64,000 nt of DNA from Candidatus Ratteibacteria bacterium (GCA_046296715.1 JBKBIN010000008.1:637-64636), one strand, 5' to 3'; numbered from the stretch's first letter, positions 49,498 through 60,656 are shown. Program-made: numbers and translations. Notes: generated from the letters alone by a model not told the origin.

Positions 49498-50838
49498 ATG
49501 GAGAAAATTAGATTAAGCGAAATCATTCAGTGGTGCAAAGGAAAAGTTAATAAAGAATTCAAAGATTTTTATATTGAAGGGATTTCAACAGACTCCAGGC
49601 AGTTAAAAAAAGGAGAAATTTTTGTTGCTTTAAAAGGTGAAAAATATGATGGACATAATTTTGTAGAAGAGGTATTTAAAAAGGGTGCGGTTGCAGCAAT
49701 TGTATCTGAAGATTATAAAGGTAATTCGGGTTTATTAATAAAAGTTAAAGATACCCTTTATGCACTTGGTAATATAAGTAAAAATTATAGAATTAAATTA
49801 GGCATTAAAGTCATTGCAATTACAGGAAGTGATGGCAAAACTACAACAAAAGAAATAATAAAAAACCTTTTATCAGAAAAATTTAATACGATTGGAACGA
49901 TTGGTAATTTCAATAATCAAATAGGTCTTCCACTTTCTATTTTACAAGCAGATATAAAAACAGAATTTGGTGTCTTTGAAATTGGTATGAACAAAAAGGG
50001 AGAAATTGACTATCTTAGCAAAATATGTTTACCTGATGCTTGTGTTATAACAAATATAGGTGTAGCTCATATAGGTTTTTTCAAAAATAGAAAAGAAATA
50101 GCAGATGCAAAAGCAGAAGTCTTTAACAATCTAATTAATGAAAAATTTGTCTTTTTGAATAGAGATAGCGATTTTTTTGGCTACTTAAGAAAAAAAACAA
50201 ATACAAATAATATAGTTTCAATTGGTGTTAAAAAAAAGGCAGATATAAATGGAAAAATTTTGGAAGAGGGATTTGACTTTTTTACATTTGAATCATCTGG
50301 TGAAAAATATAAAATGAATTTCTTTAATACTTCTTTTATTTATTCTGGACTTTTTGGAATTACTTTTGGAGAAAAATATGGAATATCTAAAACATATGTT
50401 AAAGATGTATTATCTGAGATTAAACCATTTCCAGGCAGAGGGGAGTTTATAAACGGTAAAATTTTCATTATTGATGAAAGTTATAATTCAAATCCATATT
50501 CATTGAAAAATTCTTTATTATCATTTGAAAGGAAGAATTTTAAGAAAAAGATAGTTGTTTTAGGAGATATGGCTGAACTTGGAAGATTCTCAAAATTTTA
50601 TCATTGTTATATTGGAAAGTTTATCAAAAACTTAAGGATTGACACTATTTATACCTTTGGTAAAGAAAGTAAAGTAATCTCAGAAGTTTCCCAAAGAGGG
50701 AAACATTTTTATGAGATTGATGAGTTAGAGAGAGAACTTAAAAAAAGTATAAAAAAGGACGATGCTGTTTTTGTAAAAGGATCAAGAATTAATAAGTTAG
50801 AACAAATAGTAGATTTTTTGAAAAAAAATTTTGTTTAA
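49498..50838 (+). CDS. murF: UDP-MurNAc-pentapeptide synthetase
   Basis: TGSDGKTTTKE, NNQIGLP, DESYNSNP, LGDMAELG, VKGSR. Confidence 0.95.
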   Translation: MEKIRLSEIIQWCKGKVNKEFKDFYIEGISTDSRQLKKGEIFVALKGEKYDGHNFVEEVFKKGAVAAIVSEDYKGNSGLLIKVKDTLYALGNISKNYRIKLGIKVIAITGSDGKTTTKEIIKNLLSEKFNTIGTIGNFNNQIGLPLSILQADIKTEFGVFEIGMNKKGEIDYLSKICLPDACVITNIGVAHIGFFKNRKEIADAKAEVFNNLINEKFVFLNRDSDFFGYLRKKTNTNNIVSIGVKKKADINGKILEEGFDFFTFESSGEKYKMNFFNTSFIYSGLFGITFGEKYGISKTYVKDVLSEIKPFPGRGEFINGKIFIIDESYNSNPYSLKNSLLSFERKNFKKKIVVLGDMAELGRFSKFYHCYIGKFIKNLRIDTIYTFGKESKVISEVSQRGKHFYEIDELERELKKSIKKDDAVFVKGSRINKLEQIVDFLKKNFV

Positions 50839-50851
50839 AAGGAGAAATAAA

Positions 50852-51916
50852 ATGTTATATAAATTTTTATATTCTTTCACTGATTTTTGGTTTGGTTTCA
50901 ATATCTTTAAATATGTAACAGTTAGAGCTTCTCTTGCAACTTTTACATCAATTTTATTATCCCTTTTGCTTGGTAGAAAAATCATAAATAAACTTAAAAA
51001 TTTCTGTCATCCAAATATTCTCAAAGAAGAAAGTAAAGAAAAAATCCCTACAATGGGAGGGTTTTTAATCTTAGGGTCTCTATTAATTTCTACATTTTTT
51101 TGGGTTGAACTCAAAAACACTTATATTATACTTCTTATATTTTTAATCATATCCCTTGGGCTTATTGGCTTTTTTGACGATTACACAAAATTAAGAAATA
51201 AATCACATAAGGGAGTTAGACCACTAATTAAAATTATTGGACAGATGACAGTTGCTTTTGTTATTGGAATAGTTCTTGTTTATAATAACGATTTAAACTT
51301 TAATACTTCCTTATATGTACCATTTTTCAAAAAAATAATTTTGCCTCTTGGAGAATATTTCATACTTTTTACTGTTTTTATTATTACAGCCACATCAAAT
51401 GCTGTTAATTTGACAGATGGAATGGATGGGCTTGCGATTGGTTTAACTTTAACTATAGCACTTGCCTATGCGATAATTTCCTATGTAGTAAGTAATATTA
51501 AGTTTGCTACTTATTTAAATGTTCCTTTTGTTAAAGGTGCTGAAGAAGTAACTGTTTTTACAGGGGCACTTATTGGTTCTTGTCTTGGATTTTTGTGGTT
51601 TAACTGCTATCCTGCTGAAATATTTATGGGTGATATCGGTTCTTTACCATTAGGTGGAATAATCGGATTTCTTGCAATAGTTGTCAAACAAGAACTTTCA
51701 TTAATATTTGTCGGTGGTATATTTTTAGTTGAAGCAATATCTGTTATAATTCAAGTTATATCTTTTAAGAGTAGAGGTAAGAGAATTTTCCTTATGACTC
51801 CAATTCACCATCATTTTCAACTTAAAGGAATTCCAGAATCAAAAATCGTTATAAGATTTTGGATAGTAGGTATTATACTTGCTTTATTTACAATCATAAC
51901 TTTAAAGATAAGATGA
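50852..51916 (+). CDS. mraY: Phospho-N-acetylmuramoyl-pentapeptide transferase
   Basis: PTMGG, DDY, NAVNLTDGMDGLA, FMGD.GS, PIHHHF. Confidence 0.97.
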   Translation: MLYKFLYSFTDFWFGFNIFKYVTVRASLATFTSILLSLLLGRKIINKLKNFCHPNILKEESKEKIPTMGGFLILGSLLISTFFWVELKNTYIILLIFLIISLGLIGFFDDYTKLRNKSHKGVRPLIKIIGQMTVAFVIGIVLVYNNDLNFNTSLYVPFFKKIILPLGEYFILFTVFIITATSNAVNLTDGMDGLAIGLTLTIALAYAIISYVVSNIKFATYLNVPFVKGAEEVTVFTGALIGSCLGFLWFNCYPAEIFMGDIGSLPLGGIIGFLAIVVKQELSLIFVGGIFLVEAISVIIQVISFKSRGKRIFLMTPIHHHFQLKGIPESKIVIRFWIVGIILALFTIITLKIR

Positions 51917-53274
51917 TAGAAATTAAAGGGAAAAAAATAGGAATTGTGGGACTTGGAAAAAGTGGTTTTGATACCGGTATTTTTATAATTGAAAATGGTG
52001 GAGAAGTTTACATTTCTGATAGTAATGTCAATGATGAACTAAAAGAAAAAAGTATTATTTTAAAAGAAAAGGGAGCAAAAATTGAAATTGGAAGACATTC
52101 TCCAGAGTTTTTTAAAGATGTTGAGTTTATTGTTATAAGTCCTGGTGTTGATGAAAGATTGGATTTTATAGTTTGTCTGAAGAAAAAGAATATTCCAATA
52201 ATAAGTGAAATAGAACTTGCCTACAATTTTTCAAAAAGTAAAAAAATAATTGCAATAACAGGAACAAATGGAAAAACAACCACAACAACTCTCCTTGGAA
52301 ATATTTTTAAAAAAGCAAATTATCCCTCTGTTGTATGTGGTAATATAGGAAATACATTTATTGGAGAGATTAAAAACATAAGTGAAGAAACATGGATTAT
52401 TCTTGAGGTCAGTAGTTTTCAGTTAGAAAAAATAGTAAATTTTAGACCATATATATCTTGTCTTTTAAACATTGATTATGATCATTTTGATAGATATGCA
52501 GATATGAAAGAGTATATACAAGCAAAAAAAAGAATTTTTGAAAATCAAACAATAGACGATTACAGTGTTTTAAATTTTGATGATTACTATACAAAAAAAA
52601 TTATTAAAGAAATAAAAAGCAAAAAAAATTTTTTTAGTTTTTCAAGAATTTTTAAAGGAGTTTATTATGAAAATGAAAGTATATATTTAAAAATGGATAG
52701 CAAAAATTTAAAAATTCTAAAAACAGAAAATTTAAAAATTCAAGGTAAAGGTAATATCGCAAATATAATGGCGTGTTGTTTAATCTCCTTTATATCTGGG
52801 ATTGATTTTGAAACAATGAAAATTGCCATTGAAAATTTTAATGGATTACCTCATAGAATGGAAAAGGTTGCAGTTATTGATAATATTACTTTTATAAATG
52901 ATTCTAAATCAACAAATCCGCATTCAGTTAAAAATTCTATTTTAAGTTTAAATGGGAAAAACAATATAATTTTAATACTGGGTGGAAAAGATAAAGGATT
53001 TCCATATTATCAATTGACAAAATACTTAAAAAGTAAAGTTAAATTTATAATACTTTTAGGAGAGGCAAAAGAAAGAATAAAAAAAGAACTTAAATCGTCA
53101 AATATTCCTATGGAATATGTTCAGAATCTAAAAGAAGCAGTAATTTTATCAAAAAAAATTGGTAAGAAAGGTGATTATGTTCTTTTTTCTCCGGGATGTT
53201 CTTCTTTTGATATGTTTAAAAATTACCAGGAGAGAGGAGATGTTTTCAAAAAAGAAGTACTTTCTTTACTTTAG
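51913..53274 (+). CDS. murD: UDP-MurNAc-L-Ala:D-Glu ligase
   Basis: GLGKSG, SPG, TGTNGKTT, LEVSSFQL, HRME, NDSKSTN, SFDMF..Y.ERG. Confidence 0.96.
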   Translation: MIEIKGKKIGIVGLGKSGFDTGIFIIENGGEVYISDSNVNDELKEKSIILKEKGAKIEIGRHSPEFFKDVEFIVISPGVDERLDFIVCLKKKNIPIISEIELAYNFSKSKKIIAITGTNGKTTTTTLLGNIFKKANYPSVVCGNIGNTFIGEIKNISEETWIILEVSSFQLEKIVNFRPYISCLLNIDYDHFDRYADMKEYIQAKKRIFENQTIDDYSVLNFDDYYTKKIIKEIKSKKNFFSFSRIFKGVYYENESIYLKMDSKNLKILKTENLKIQGKGNIANIMACCLISFISGIDFETMKIAIENFNGLPHRMEKVAVIDNITFINDSKSTNPHSVKNSILSLNGKNNIILILGGKDKGFPYYQLTKYLKSKVKFIILLGEAKERIKKELKSSNIPMEYVQNLKEAVILSKKIGKKGDYVLFSPGCSSFDMFKNYQERGDVFKKEVLSLL

Positions 53275-54358
53275 TATATTTGTTTCCACTTTTTTACTTA
53301 TTCTTCTTGGAACTGTATTTGTTTTAAGTTCAAGTTTTCCATATGGCTTAGAAAAAAATAATTTAACGATCTATTTTGAAAAACATATATTTTATCTCTT
53401 TGTTGGATTGAGTATTTTTTATTTAATCCAGAAATTAGATATAAAAAAATTAGAAAAATATGGGTTTATAATTTTTATTATATCATTGGCAATTTTACCT
53501 ATTCCAATTTTTCAAAAGGGATTAAGATGGATAAAAATTGGGCCTTTTTCTCTTCAACCTTCAGAATTTATCAAACTTACTTTTATTATTTACCTTGCAA
53601 CTTATTTAAAAAAGAGATCTTTACAGATAAACAATTTAAAAGTTCTTGCAATTCCTTTAATTATTTATTTATCAATAGTGACAATTTTACAATTTCAGAA
53701 AGATTATGGAACCTTTTTGATTGTTTCTTTCATTTTTTTAGGAATTCTTTTTTTATGTGGGCTTAAATTAAAATATATTTTTTGGATTTTTAGTACCTTT
53801 CTACTTTTAGGCATTGGTTTCGTTCTGCTTTTCCCTTACAGAATAGAAAGGATTATCACATATATGAATAAATCAGATACTCTTGGCAAAAACTATCAAA
53901 CTAATCAAGCAATAATATCTTTAAGTTCAGGTGGTCTTTTAGGAAAAGGACTGGGAGCAGGTGAAGGAAAACTTAAATTTGTCCCAGAAATTCATAAAGA
54001 TTTTGTATATGCAGTTGTAGGAGAAGAACTTGGTTTTGTGGGTTGTTTTGGACTTTTATTGCTTTTTGGAATTATAGTTTTCTGTGGGCTTGAAGTTTCT
54101 AAATTCTGTAATGATTTCTTTGTTAAAATTTTAGTCTATGGAATAAGTATTTCTTTTGGGGCTCAATTTTTATTGCATGCGGGAGTCGTTTTGTCTATTT
54201 TACCTCCAAAAGGAACAACGTTACCATTTTTCAGCGTTGGTGGATCTTCATTGATAGCAAATTTAATATCGGTAGGAATTTTACTTAAAATTGCTGAAGA
54301 TATAACAAAACAAGGAGATTTAAAAGATATAGAAGAGATAATTTTAAAAATAAAATGA
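53240..54358 (+). CDS. ftsW: SEDS peptidoglycan polymerase FtsW
   Basis: RWI..GP..QPSEF.K, GG..GKG.G, PE.H.DF, GEELG, LPFFS.GGSS. Confidence 0.92.
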   Translation: MFSKKKYFLYFSIFVSTFLLILLGTVFVLSSSFPYGLEKNNLTIYFEKHIFYLFVGLSIFYLIQKLDIKKLEKYGFIIFIISLAILPIPIFQKGLRWIKIGPFSLQPSEFIKLTFIIYLATYLKKRSLQINNLKVLAIPLIIYLSIVTILQFQKDYGTFLIVSFIFLGILFLCGLKLKYIFWIFSTFLLLGIGFVLLFPYRIERIITYMNKSDTLGKNYQTNQAIISLSSGGLLGKGLGAGEGKLKFVPEIHKDFVYAVVGEELGFVGCFGLLLLFGIIVFCGLEVSKFCNDFFVKILVYGISISFGAQFLLHAGVVLSILPPKGTTLPFFSVGGSSLIANLISVGILLKIAEDITKQGDLKDIEEIILKIK

Positions 54359-55029
54359 AATTAGAAGGAATTATTTTTGATGGAGATGGTGTATTATTTG
54401 ATACAGAAAAATTACATGTATTTGCATGGGAAAGGGTTTTTAAAAGTTACAATATTAAATTGAATAAAGATGATTTTACAGAAGGAGTAGGTGTTGATGA
54501 TAAAACATTTTTAGAAAATTTGAAAAAGAAAGGTAAGATAAGGAAAATGATTAAACTTGAAAAATTGGTTGTAAAGAAAAATAATGAATTAATTAAAATT
54601 GCTAATAAACAAAATTTAAAAGTTTATGATGAGATAAGAGAAGTTTTAAAATTTTTAAAAAGTAGATATAAGATAGCAATTGCATCAAACTCAGATAAAA
54701 AATTTATCTTGAAAGTTGTTGAAGTTACAAATATTTACGATTATTTTGACTTAATTGTTACAAGAAATGATGTAAAAAGACCAAAGCCTTTCGCTGATAT
54801 ATATTTTGAAGTTATCAAAAGATTAAACATTCCTCCAGAAAAATTGATTGCTTTTGAAGATTCAGAAACAGGTATTTTAGCAGCAAAATCAAGTGGAATT
54901 TTTTGTATTGCTATTACAACAACTCAATCACTTGAAAAAATAAAAATTGCTGATATAATCATAGATAAATTGAATTTACATAATTTGAAAAAAGTTATAA
55001 AGATTTTTGAAAAGAAAAATGAAAATTAA
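54355..55029 (+). CDS. HAD-IA phosphatase (beta-PGM/CbbY-like)
   Basis: FDGDGVLFDTE, ASN, KP, FEDS..G. Confidence 0.88.
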   Translation: MKLEGIIFDGDGVLFDTEKLHVFAWERVFKSYNIKLNKDDFTEGVGVDDKTFLENLKKKGKIRKMIKLEKLVVKKNNELIKIANKQNLKVYDEIREVLKFLKSRYKIAIASNSDKKFILKVVEVTNIYDYFDLIVTRNDVKRPKPFADIYFEVIKRLNIPPEKLIAFEDSETGILAAKSSGIFCIAITTTQSLEKIKIADIIIDKLNLHNLKKVIKIFEKKNEN

Positions 55030-56221
55030 AAATATTGAATCAGAAAGAATTAGAAATTTACCCATCTATATGTTTCAGGAAATAAATACAAGAAAACTAC
55101 AATTAAGAAGAGCCGGGAAAGATATTATTGATTTTGGAATGGGAAATCCGGATAAACCTCCACCTGCACCTATTATTGAAAAACTTAAAGAGGTTTTAAA
55201 AGACCCAAAAGTTCATAGATATAGTGCTTCAAAAGGTATTTTAAATTTACGAAGAGAAATAGTAAACTGGTATATGAAGAGATTTGGAGTTAAACTTGAT
55301 CCTGAAGAAGAAGCAATTGTTTGTATTGGTTCAAAGGAAGGTATAAGCCATCTTGCTCTTGCAATTTTTGATAAAGGAGATGTTGTTCTTATACCTAATC
55401 CAACTTATCCAAGCCATCTTTACTGTGCAATTATTTCAGGGGCAACAATATATGATATGCCTCTACTAAAAGAAAACAATTTTATTCCAAACTTAACACA
55501 ACCAATTTATGATAGATTTCCAAGACCCAAAGCAATAATTTTAAGTTATCCTAATAATCCAACAACACAGGTTGTTGATATAGATTTCTTTAAAGAAGTT
55601 GTAAAATTTGCAAAGAAAAAAGACCTTATTGTTATACATGATATTGCCTATTCGGAAATATACTTTTCTGAAGAGTATAAACCACATAGTTTTCTTGAAG
55701 TAGATGGAGCAAAGAACATTGGAGTTGAATTCTATTCCCTCTCTAAAACATATAATATGGCCGGATGGAGAGTTGGTTTTGCAGTTGGAAATAAATATGT
55801 AATAAGAGCACTTGCAAAGTTGAAAAGTTATTATGATTATGGAATTTTTACTCCAATTCAGGTTGCTGCTATATGTGCTTTAAGAATTGATGAAAGATAT
55901 ATAGAAGAAGTTAGACAAACATATAAAAAAAGAAGAGATGTAATGGTTGAAGGGTTGAATAAAATAGGATGGAATGTAGAAAAACCAAAAGCAACAATGT
56001 ATATATGGGCAGAAATTCCAGAAAAATTTAAGAAAATGGGTTCAATGAAATTTTCTTTATATCTTCTTGAAAATGCCAATGTAGCAGTTTCTCCTGGTAT
56101 TGGTTTTGGAAAATATGGAGAGGGATATGTAAGATTTGCCCTTGTTGAAAATGAAAATAGAATAAAACAAGCTATTCGTTGTTTGAGGGATTTATTTAAA
56201 AAAGAAAATTTATCAAGTTGA
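55019..56221 (+). CDS. Class I/II PLP aminotransferase (AlaC/LL-DAP aminotransferase-like)
   Basis: DFGMGNPD, GSKEG, YPNNPT, HDIAY, SLSKTYNMAGWRVG. Confidence 0.9.
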   Translation: MKIKNIESERIRNLPIYMFQEINTRKLQLRRAGKDIIDFGMGNPDKPPPAPIIEKLKEVLKDPKVHRYSASKGILNLRREIVNWYMKRFGVKLDPEEEAIVCIGSKEGISHLALAIFDKGDVVLIPNPTYPSHLYCAIISGATIYDMPLLKENNFIPNLTQPIYDRFPRPKAIILSYPNNPTTQVVDIDFFKEVVKFAKKKDLIVIHDIAYSEIYFSEEYKPHSFLEVDGAKNIGVEFYSLSKTYNMAGWRVGFAVGNKYVIRALAKLKSYYDYGIFTPIQVAAICALRIDERYIEEVRQTYKKRRDVMVEGLNKIGWNVEKPKATMYIWAEIPEKFKKMGSMKFSLYLLENANVAVSPGIGFGKYGEGYVRFALVENENRIKQAIRCLRDLFKKENLSS

Positions 56222-57043
56222 TAAAAAACCACTCAAGAATTTTGAAATATATGCCTCATTATTTGAATAATCAGATACAATTTGTGCATTTCTTTTTATT
56301 TTCTCTTTTGCATTTTTAGGAACAACAGAAATTCCAGCATATAAAAGCATCTCTAAATCATTTTCTCCGTCTCCAAAAGCAATTATTTCGTTTTTCTTAA
56401 TTTTATAGTATTTAGCAAGTACATCTAATCCGACTCCTTTATTTACTCCCTTATTCATAAATTCAAGATATTCTGGATTTGTTTTTACAATGTTTAAATT
56501 TTTACCGAAAAGTTTTTTAAAATATTTATATAAGTAATCCCTTGTTCTCCTAATATCCGAATTTTTTATATCTGTAATTAATATAAGTTTTGTAGGTTTT
56601 TTATTTTCCATAAGTTTTAAGCTTTCAATGAATGAATATTTTGCTCCTGTTTGTTTTGAGTAAATTTCAGCATATTTTTTCAATTTCGGATTATTTGTAG
56701 CATATAGAATATCTTCATAATAAAAATTAAGAAAAAATTCATTTTTCGAACAATATTCAATTATAAATTTTGAATATTTTAAAGGGACTGAATTATGATA
56801 AATTATTTTTCTCTTTTCTTTTTCTGTTAACCTTACCATTGCTCCATTATAAACAATTAAAGGTGTATCAATTCCAAGAATTTTTGAATATATGGAAACA
56901 CAATCTGTCATTCTTCCAGAAGCAAGAACAACAATCCCCCCTTTTTCGTAAAATCTTTTCAAGACAATTTTATCTTCTTTATTAATCTGTCCTTTGCTAT
57001 TAAGTAAAGTACCATCAAGGTCTATTGCAAGTAGTTTTATCAT
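56213..57043 (-). CDS. Cof-type HAD-IIB hydrolase
   Basis: DLDGTLL, ASGR, YNGA, NKG, FGDGENDLEML. Confidence 0.92.
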   Translation of the reverse strand: MIKLLAIDLDGTLLNSKGQINKEDKIVLKRFYEKGGIVVLASGRMTDCVSIYSKILGIDTPLIVYNGAMVRLTEKEKRKIIYHNSVPLKYSKFIIEYCSKNEFFLNFYYEDILYATNNPKLKKYAEIYSKQTGAKYSFIESLKLMENKKPTKLILITDIKNSDIRRTRDYLYKYFKKLFGKNLNIVKTNPEYLEFMNKGVNKGVGLDVLAKYYKIKKNEIIAFGDGENDLEMLLYAGISVVPKNAKEKIKRNAQIVSDYSNNEAYISKFLSGFLST

Positions 57044-57066
57044 TTTTAATTTATAAGAACTAAATT

Positions 57067-57960
57067 TTACCTTTTTCTGTCCTGCGCTGATTCTGCTCTT
57101 TTTAGGTAATCCCTATAAATTACAAGATTAAATTCTTTTATTATTTTCTTTATTGATAATTTCTTGTCAATAACTTCTATAGTAAAAATTGCTTCGTCTC
57201 CGAATGTCTCTATTTTTAACTTATCTTTATATCTTTCAATTATTTTTTTTATTTTATCTCCTTGAAAATCCCAGTGAAAAACAGTTCTTTCTAAATTTAT
57301 ATCTGTCCATACCCAGTATGAAAATCTATCTGTCTTTACCAACCATTTACCTGTATTATCTATTATCCCTGAATTTAAAGACCATATACTTGCAACTATA
57401 AAAACTTGATATAAAAGAGATATTGAATTTAATATCCTTCCTCCTCCTGGATATGCAGATGAAAAGGCGAGTAATTTTGCTCCATTATCAACCTGATATT
57501 TCAAATCATAATGCCAGTTGGCATCAAAACATATAAAAGCACCTATCTTACCAAATTCAGTTTCAACTGGCAATTGTTGTTTTTTGCCCGGATATATACC
57601 TTTTTCAAGTTCTGTTTCAGTAGGATGAATTTTGTCATATTTACCAACTATTTCACCTTTTCTATTTACAAAAAAACAACAATTATAAATTTTTTCTCCA
57701 ATAACATCATAACTTGAACCACATACCCAGCAATTTGTCTTTTTAGCAATATTTTTAAGAAATTCTTTTATTTTAGACCATTCTTTAAAATCTCTCTTTC
57801 TAAACTCTATACCAGCATATGCAAAAACTTCTGGTAGAACAACAAAGTCAGGATTTATATTTTTTATCTCATTAAATATATTTTCAATATAATTTAAATT
57901 GTCTTCTATTTTTTTCACTCTTCTATATTCATAGGCCATTGAAATAGCAACAGTTCTCAT
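57067..57960 (-). CDS. Carbon-nitrogen hydrolase (nitrilase superfamily)
   Basis: Catalytic triad LPE / YDKIH / ICFD. Confidence 0.88.
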   Translation of the reverse strand: MRTVAISMAYEYRRVKKIEDNLNYIENIFNEIKNINPDFVVLPEVFAYAGIEFRKRDFKEWSKIKEFLKNIAKKTNCWVCGSSYDVIGEKIYNCCFFVNRKGEIVGKYDKIHPTETELEKGIYPGKKQQLPVETEFGKIGAFICFDANWHYDLKYQVDNGAKLLAFSSAYPGGGRILNSISLLYQVFIVASIWSLNSGIIDNTGKWLVKTDRFSYWVWTDINLERTVFHWDFQGDKIKKIIERYKDKLKIETFGDEAIFTIEVIDKKLSIKKIIKEFNLVIYRDYLKRAESAQDRKR

Positions 57961-57975
57961 AGTTTTTAATTTCGT

Positions 57976-58491
57976 TTACCAATAGATAAACCTTGTAAAA
58001 ATATTTTTTTCAAGTGGTGAAAGTTTTTCAACATTTGGAACAACATATCTATCTTCAAATACATCTATTAATAATTTCCCATGATTACCTATATCAATTG
58101 CTTTACTTCTTTCCCATTTTAAATAAAATTGTCTTTCTCCTTTATCTGTTTCAACTTTAAATAAGAGAAATCCAAATTTCCATTTGATATCAATTATCTT
58201 CGTTATTTCATAATAAAAGTAATATTTTTTTAATGTTTCCATAATTAATTTTCTTTCCTCTTCTGTGAAAATTGAAATATTTTTGATTATCCCTATTTCT
58301 TCTATTTCGCCTGATTCTTTCTGATAAAATACAGAAAGAAAATTAAACGGATTAGAAATGGGAAAACACGATACAACAAAAACATTTTTGTAAAGAATTT
58401 TTTTCTCTATTAAAAAAAGATTGATTGTATTAAACTCTCCTTTTAAAATTTTTATATTTTTTGGCGTTAGATATTCTTTTATATTATTCAT
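57976..58491 (-). CDS. DUF1854 domain protein
   Basis: FPIS.P, EEIGII, VETDKG, LIDV...RY. Confidence 0.8.
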   Translation of the reverse strand: MNNIKEYLTPKNIKILKGEFNTINLFLIEKKILYKNVFVVSCFPISNPFNFLSVFYQKESGEIEEIGIIKNISIFTEEERKLIMETLKKYYFYYEITKIIDIKWKFGFLLFKVETDKGERQFYLKWERSKAIDIGNHGKLLIDVFEDRYVVPNVEKLSPLEKNIFTRFIYW

Positions 58492-60656
58492 TTTATTAAT
58501 GTTTCCTCAATACTTGTAAGTTGTGTTTGCATAACTATTAAATTGTAATATAAACCCTTTTTTTCCATTAATTCATTATGGTTCCCAATTTCTACAATTT
58601 TCCCATTATCAATAACAATAATTTTGTCTACTTCTCTTAAAGTTGATAAACGATGAGCAATAATTATAGTTGTTCTTCCCTTCCAAAGTAAAGATAGTGC
58701 ATCCTGAATTTTTTTCTCTGATTCGGTATCAACAGATGAAGTTGCTTCATCAAGAATTAAAATAGGTGGATCACATAAAACTGCTCTTGCAATCGTTATT
58801 CTCTGTCTTTCTCCTCCAGAGAGTCCTGCCCCTCTTTCTCCAAGTAAGGTATCATAGCCATTTGGGAGTTTCATTATGAATTCATGGGCATTAGCAATTT
58901 TTGCAGCATTTATAATTTCTTCAAATGACGCATCGGGTTTTCCATAAGTTATATTTTCTGCAATTGTTCCCCTAAAAGTAAAAGGTTCTTGCAATACAAG
59001 TCCTATTTGTTTTCTTAATTCATTAGAAGAAATCTCTCTTATATTTTTTCCATCTATTAAAATTTCACCTTCTTGTATATCATAGAATTTGCATAGTAAA
59101 TTCACAATTGTTGTCTTTCCGCTTCCGCTTCTTCCAACTAACCCAACAACCTCTCCTGGTTCAATCTTAAAACTTACATTTTTTAAAATAGGTTGATATG
59201 GATCATATCCAAAAGTAACATTTTTAAATTCTATACTTCCTTTAATACGAGAAAGTTTTACAATTTTCGTTGGTTCCTTGATTTCTGGTTCAGTATCAAG
59301 AACTTCAAAGATTCTATGACTTGCTGCAGTAAAATTACTGAACCATGTAGAAAGAAGCGTCAAATTTGTTAATGGAGTGTAAAACATCCCTATATAACTT
59401 AAAAATGCCATAAGCTCACCAAGTGTTAATTTTCCTTCAAGAACATTTCTACCACCAACATACCATATAATCAACCCACCTAAACTAAAAAGAAAAGCCA
59501 TTAATGGATTAAAAACAGAAATATTAATATTAACTGTTCTCACAGAATCTTTTAATTTATCAGCATAAAATGTAAATCTTTTAAATTCCTTTTCTTCCTG
59601 TGAAAATGCCTTTACTGTTTTTATCCCTGAAAGAACATTATTTAAAAAAGTTGAAATTTTTGCTTGGCTATCCCAAACCTTAAAATATTTTGGATAAACT
59701 CCACGCCAGAATACGAGAGAACCAATTATAACAAAAGGTATTGGTATCATAACATATAAGGCAAGTAACCAGTTTATTGAAAAAAGCATAATACCTATTC
59801 CAATTAACATAAATATATTTAAAAGAAAACCCTGACCTGCCTGAGTAACAAAACCATGGAATGCTTCAACATCAGAAGAAAATCTTGTCATTATAGTTCC
59901 TACTGAATTTATATCATAATAACTTAAAGATAATTCCTCAAGTTTTTTAAATAATCTTTTTCTCAAACTATTTGTTATAAGTGTTCCAACAGATGTAGAT
60001 ATAGTTCCTACAAGCATATTTATTTGAGCACGGAAAAATTCAGCAGCAACAAGTATGATTACAAGGTAGGGGAGCCAGTCAATATGCTTTTTAGTTGTTA
60101 AAACATCATCAACAAGTATTTTTGTAATTCTTGGAGGAACTAAACTTAAACCAACGCCTATAATCATTAAGAAAAATATAATAAAAATCCATCCAATATG
60201 TTCTGAAAGGAGAGAAAAAACTCTTAGTAATATTGCTCCCTGTTTTAAACAATTTGGGCATTGAGATTCTTCATTTTGTAAAGGAAATCCACATTTTGAA
60301 CATAAAAGTGGATTAGGTTTATTCAATTCTTCATTAGAAAAAGGGAGTCCTGATTTTAAATTTTTAATCTGTGTTATAAAACGAGAAAATTTATATCTGT
60401 TTGCATTTGTAAATCTAAAAATATCAATAAAAGAACCGTCTATTTTAATTTGAAAAAAAGCACTACCAACAGTTTGTCTTATATTGAAATCTTCAATTCT
60501 ATCTAAATCAAAAGAGATTCTTTCTTGAAATCCTTTTTCTGGAAGAATATATAGTTTATCAGAAGTAACAATAATCCTGATCTTTGCCACATTACCAAAC
60601 AAATCTAAATCAGTTTCTGTTTCAAGTTTTATGTCTTTTATTTCTTCCTTTTCCAT
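58488..60656 (-). CDS. ABC exporter (TMD+NBD fusion) with an N-terminal extension carrying CxxC...CxxC
   Basis: GRSGSGKTT, LSGGERQR, DEATSSVD, AHRLST; CSKCG...CPNC; likely start ATG 60656. Confidence 0.92.
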   Translation of the reverse strand: MEKEEIKDIKLETETDLDLFGNVAKIRIIVTSDKLYILPEKGFQERISFDLDRIEDFNIRQTVGSAFFQIKIDGSFIDIFRFTNANRYKFSRFITQIKNLKSGLPFSNEELNKPNPLLCSKCGFPLQNEESQCPNCLKQGAILLRVFSLLSEHIGWIFIIFFLMIIGVGLSLVPPRITKILVDDVLTTKKHIDWLPYLVIILVAAEFFRAQINMLVGTISTSVGTLITNSLRKRLFKKLEELSLSYYDINSVGTIMTRFSSDVEAFHGFVTQAGQGFLLNIFMLIGIGIMLFSINWLLALYVMIPIPFVIIGSLVFWRGVYPKYFKVWDSQAKISTFLNNVLSGIKTVKAFSQEEKEFKRFTFYADKLKDSVRTVNINISVFNPLMAFLFSLGGLIIWYVGGRNVLEGKLTLGELMAFLSYIGMFYTPLTNLTLLSTWFSNFTAASHRIFEVLDTEPEIKEPTKIVKLSRIKGSIEFKNVTFGYDPYQPILKNVSFKIEPGEVVGLVGRSGSGKTTIVNLLCKFYDIQEGEILIDGKNIREISSNELRKQIGLVLQEPFTFRGTIAENITYGKPDASFEEIINAAKIANAHEFIMKLPNGYDTLLGERGAGLSGGERQRITIARAVLCDPPILILDEATSSVDTESEKKIQDALSLLWKGRTTIIIAHRLSTLREVDKIIVIDNGKIVEIGNHNELMEKKGLYYNLIVMQTQLTSIEETLIK

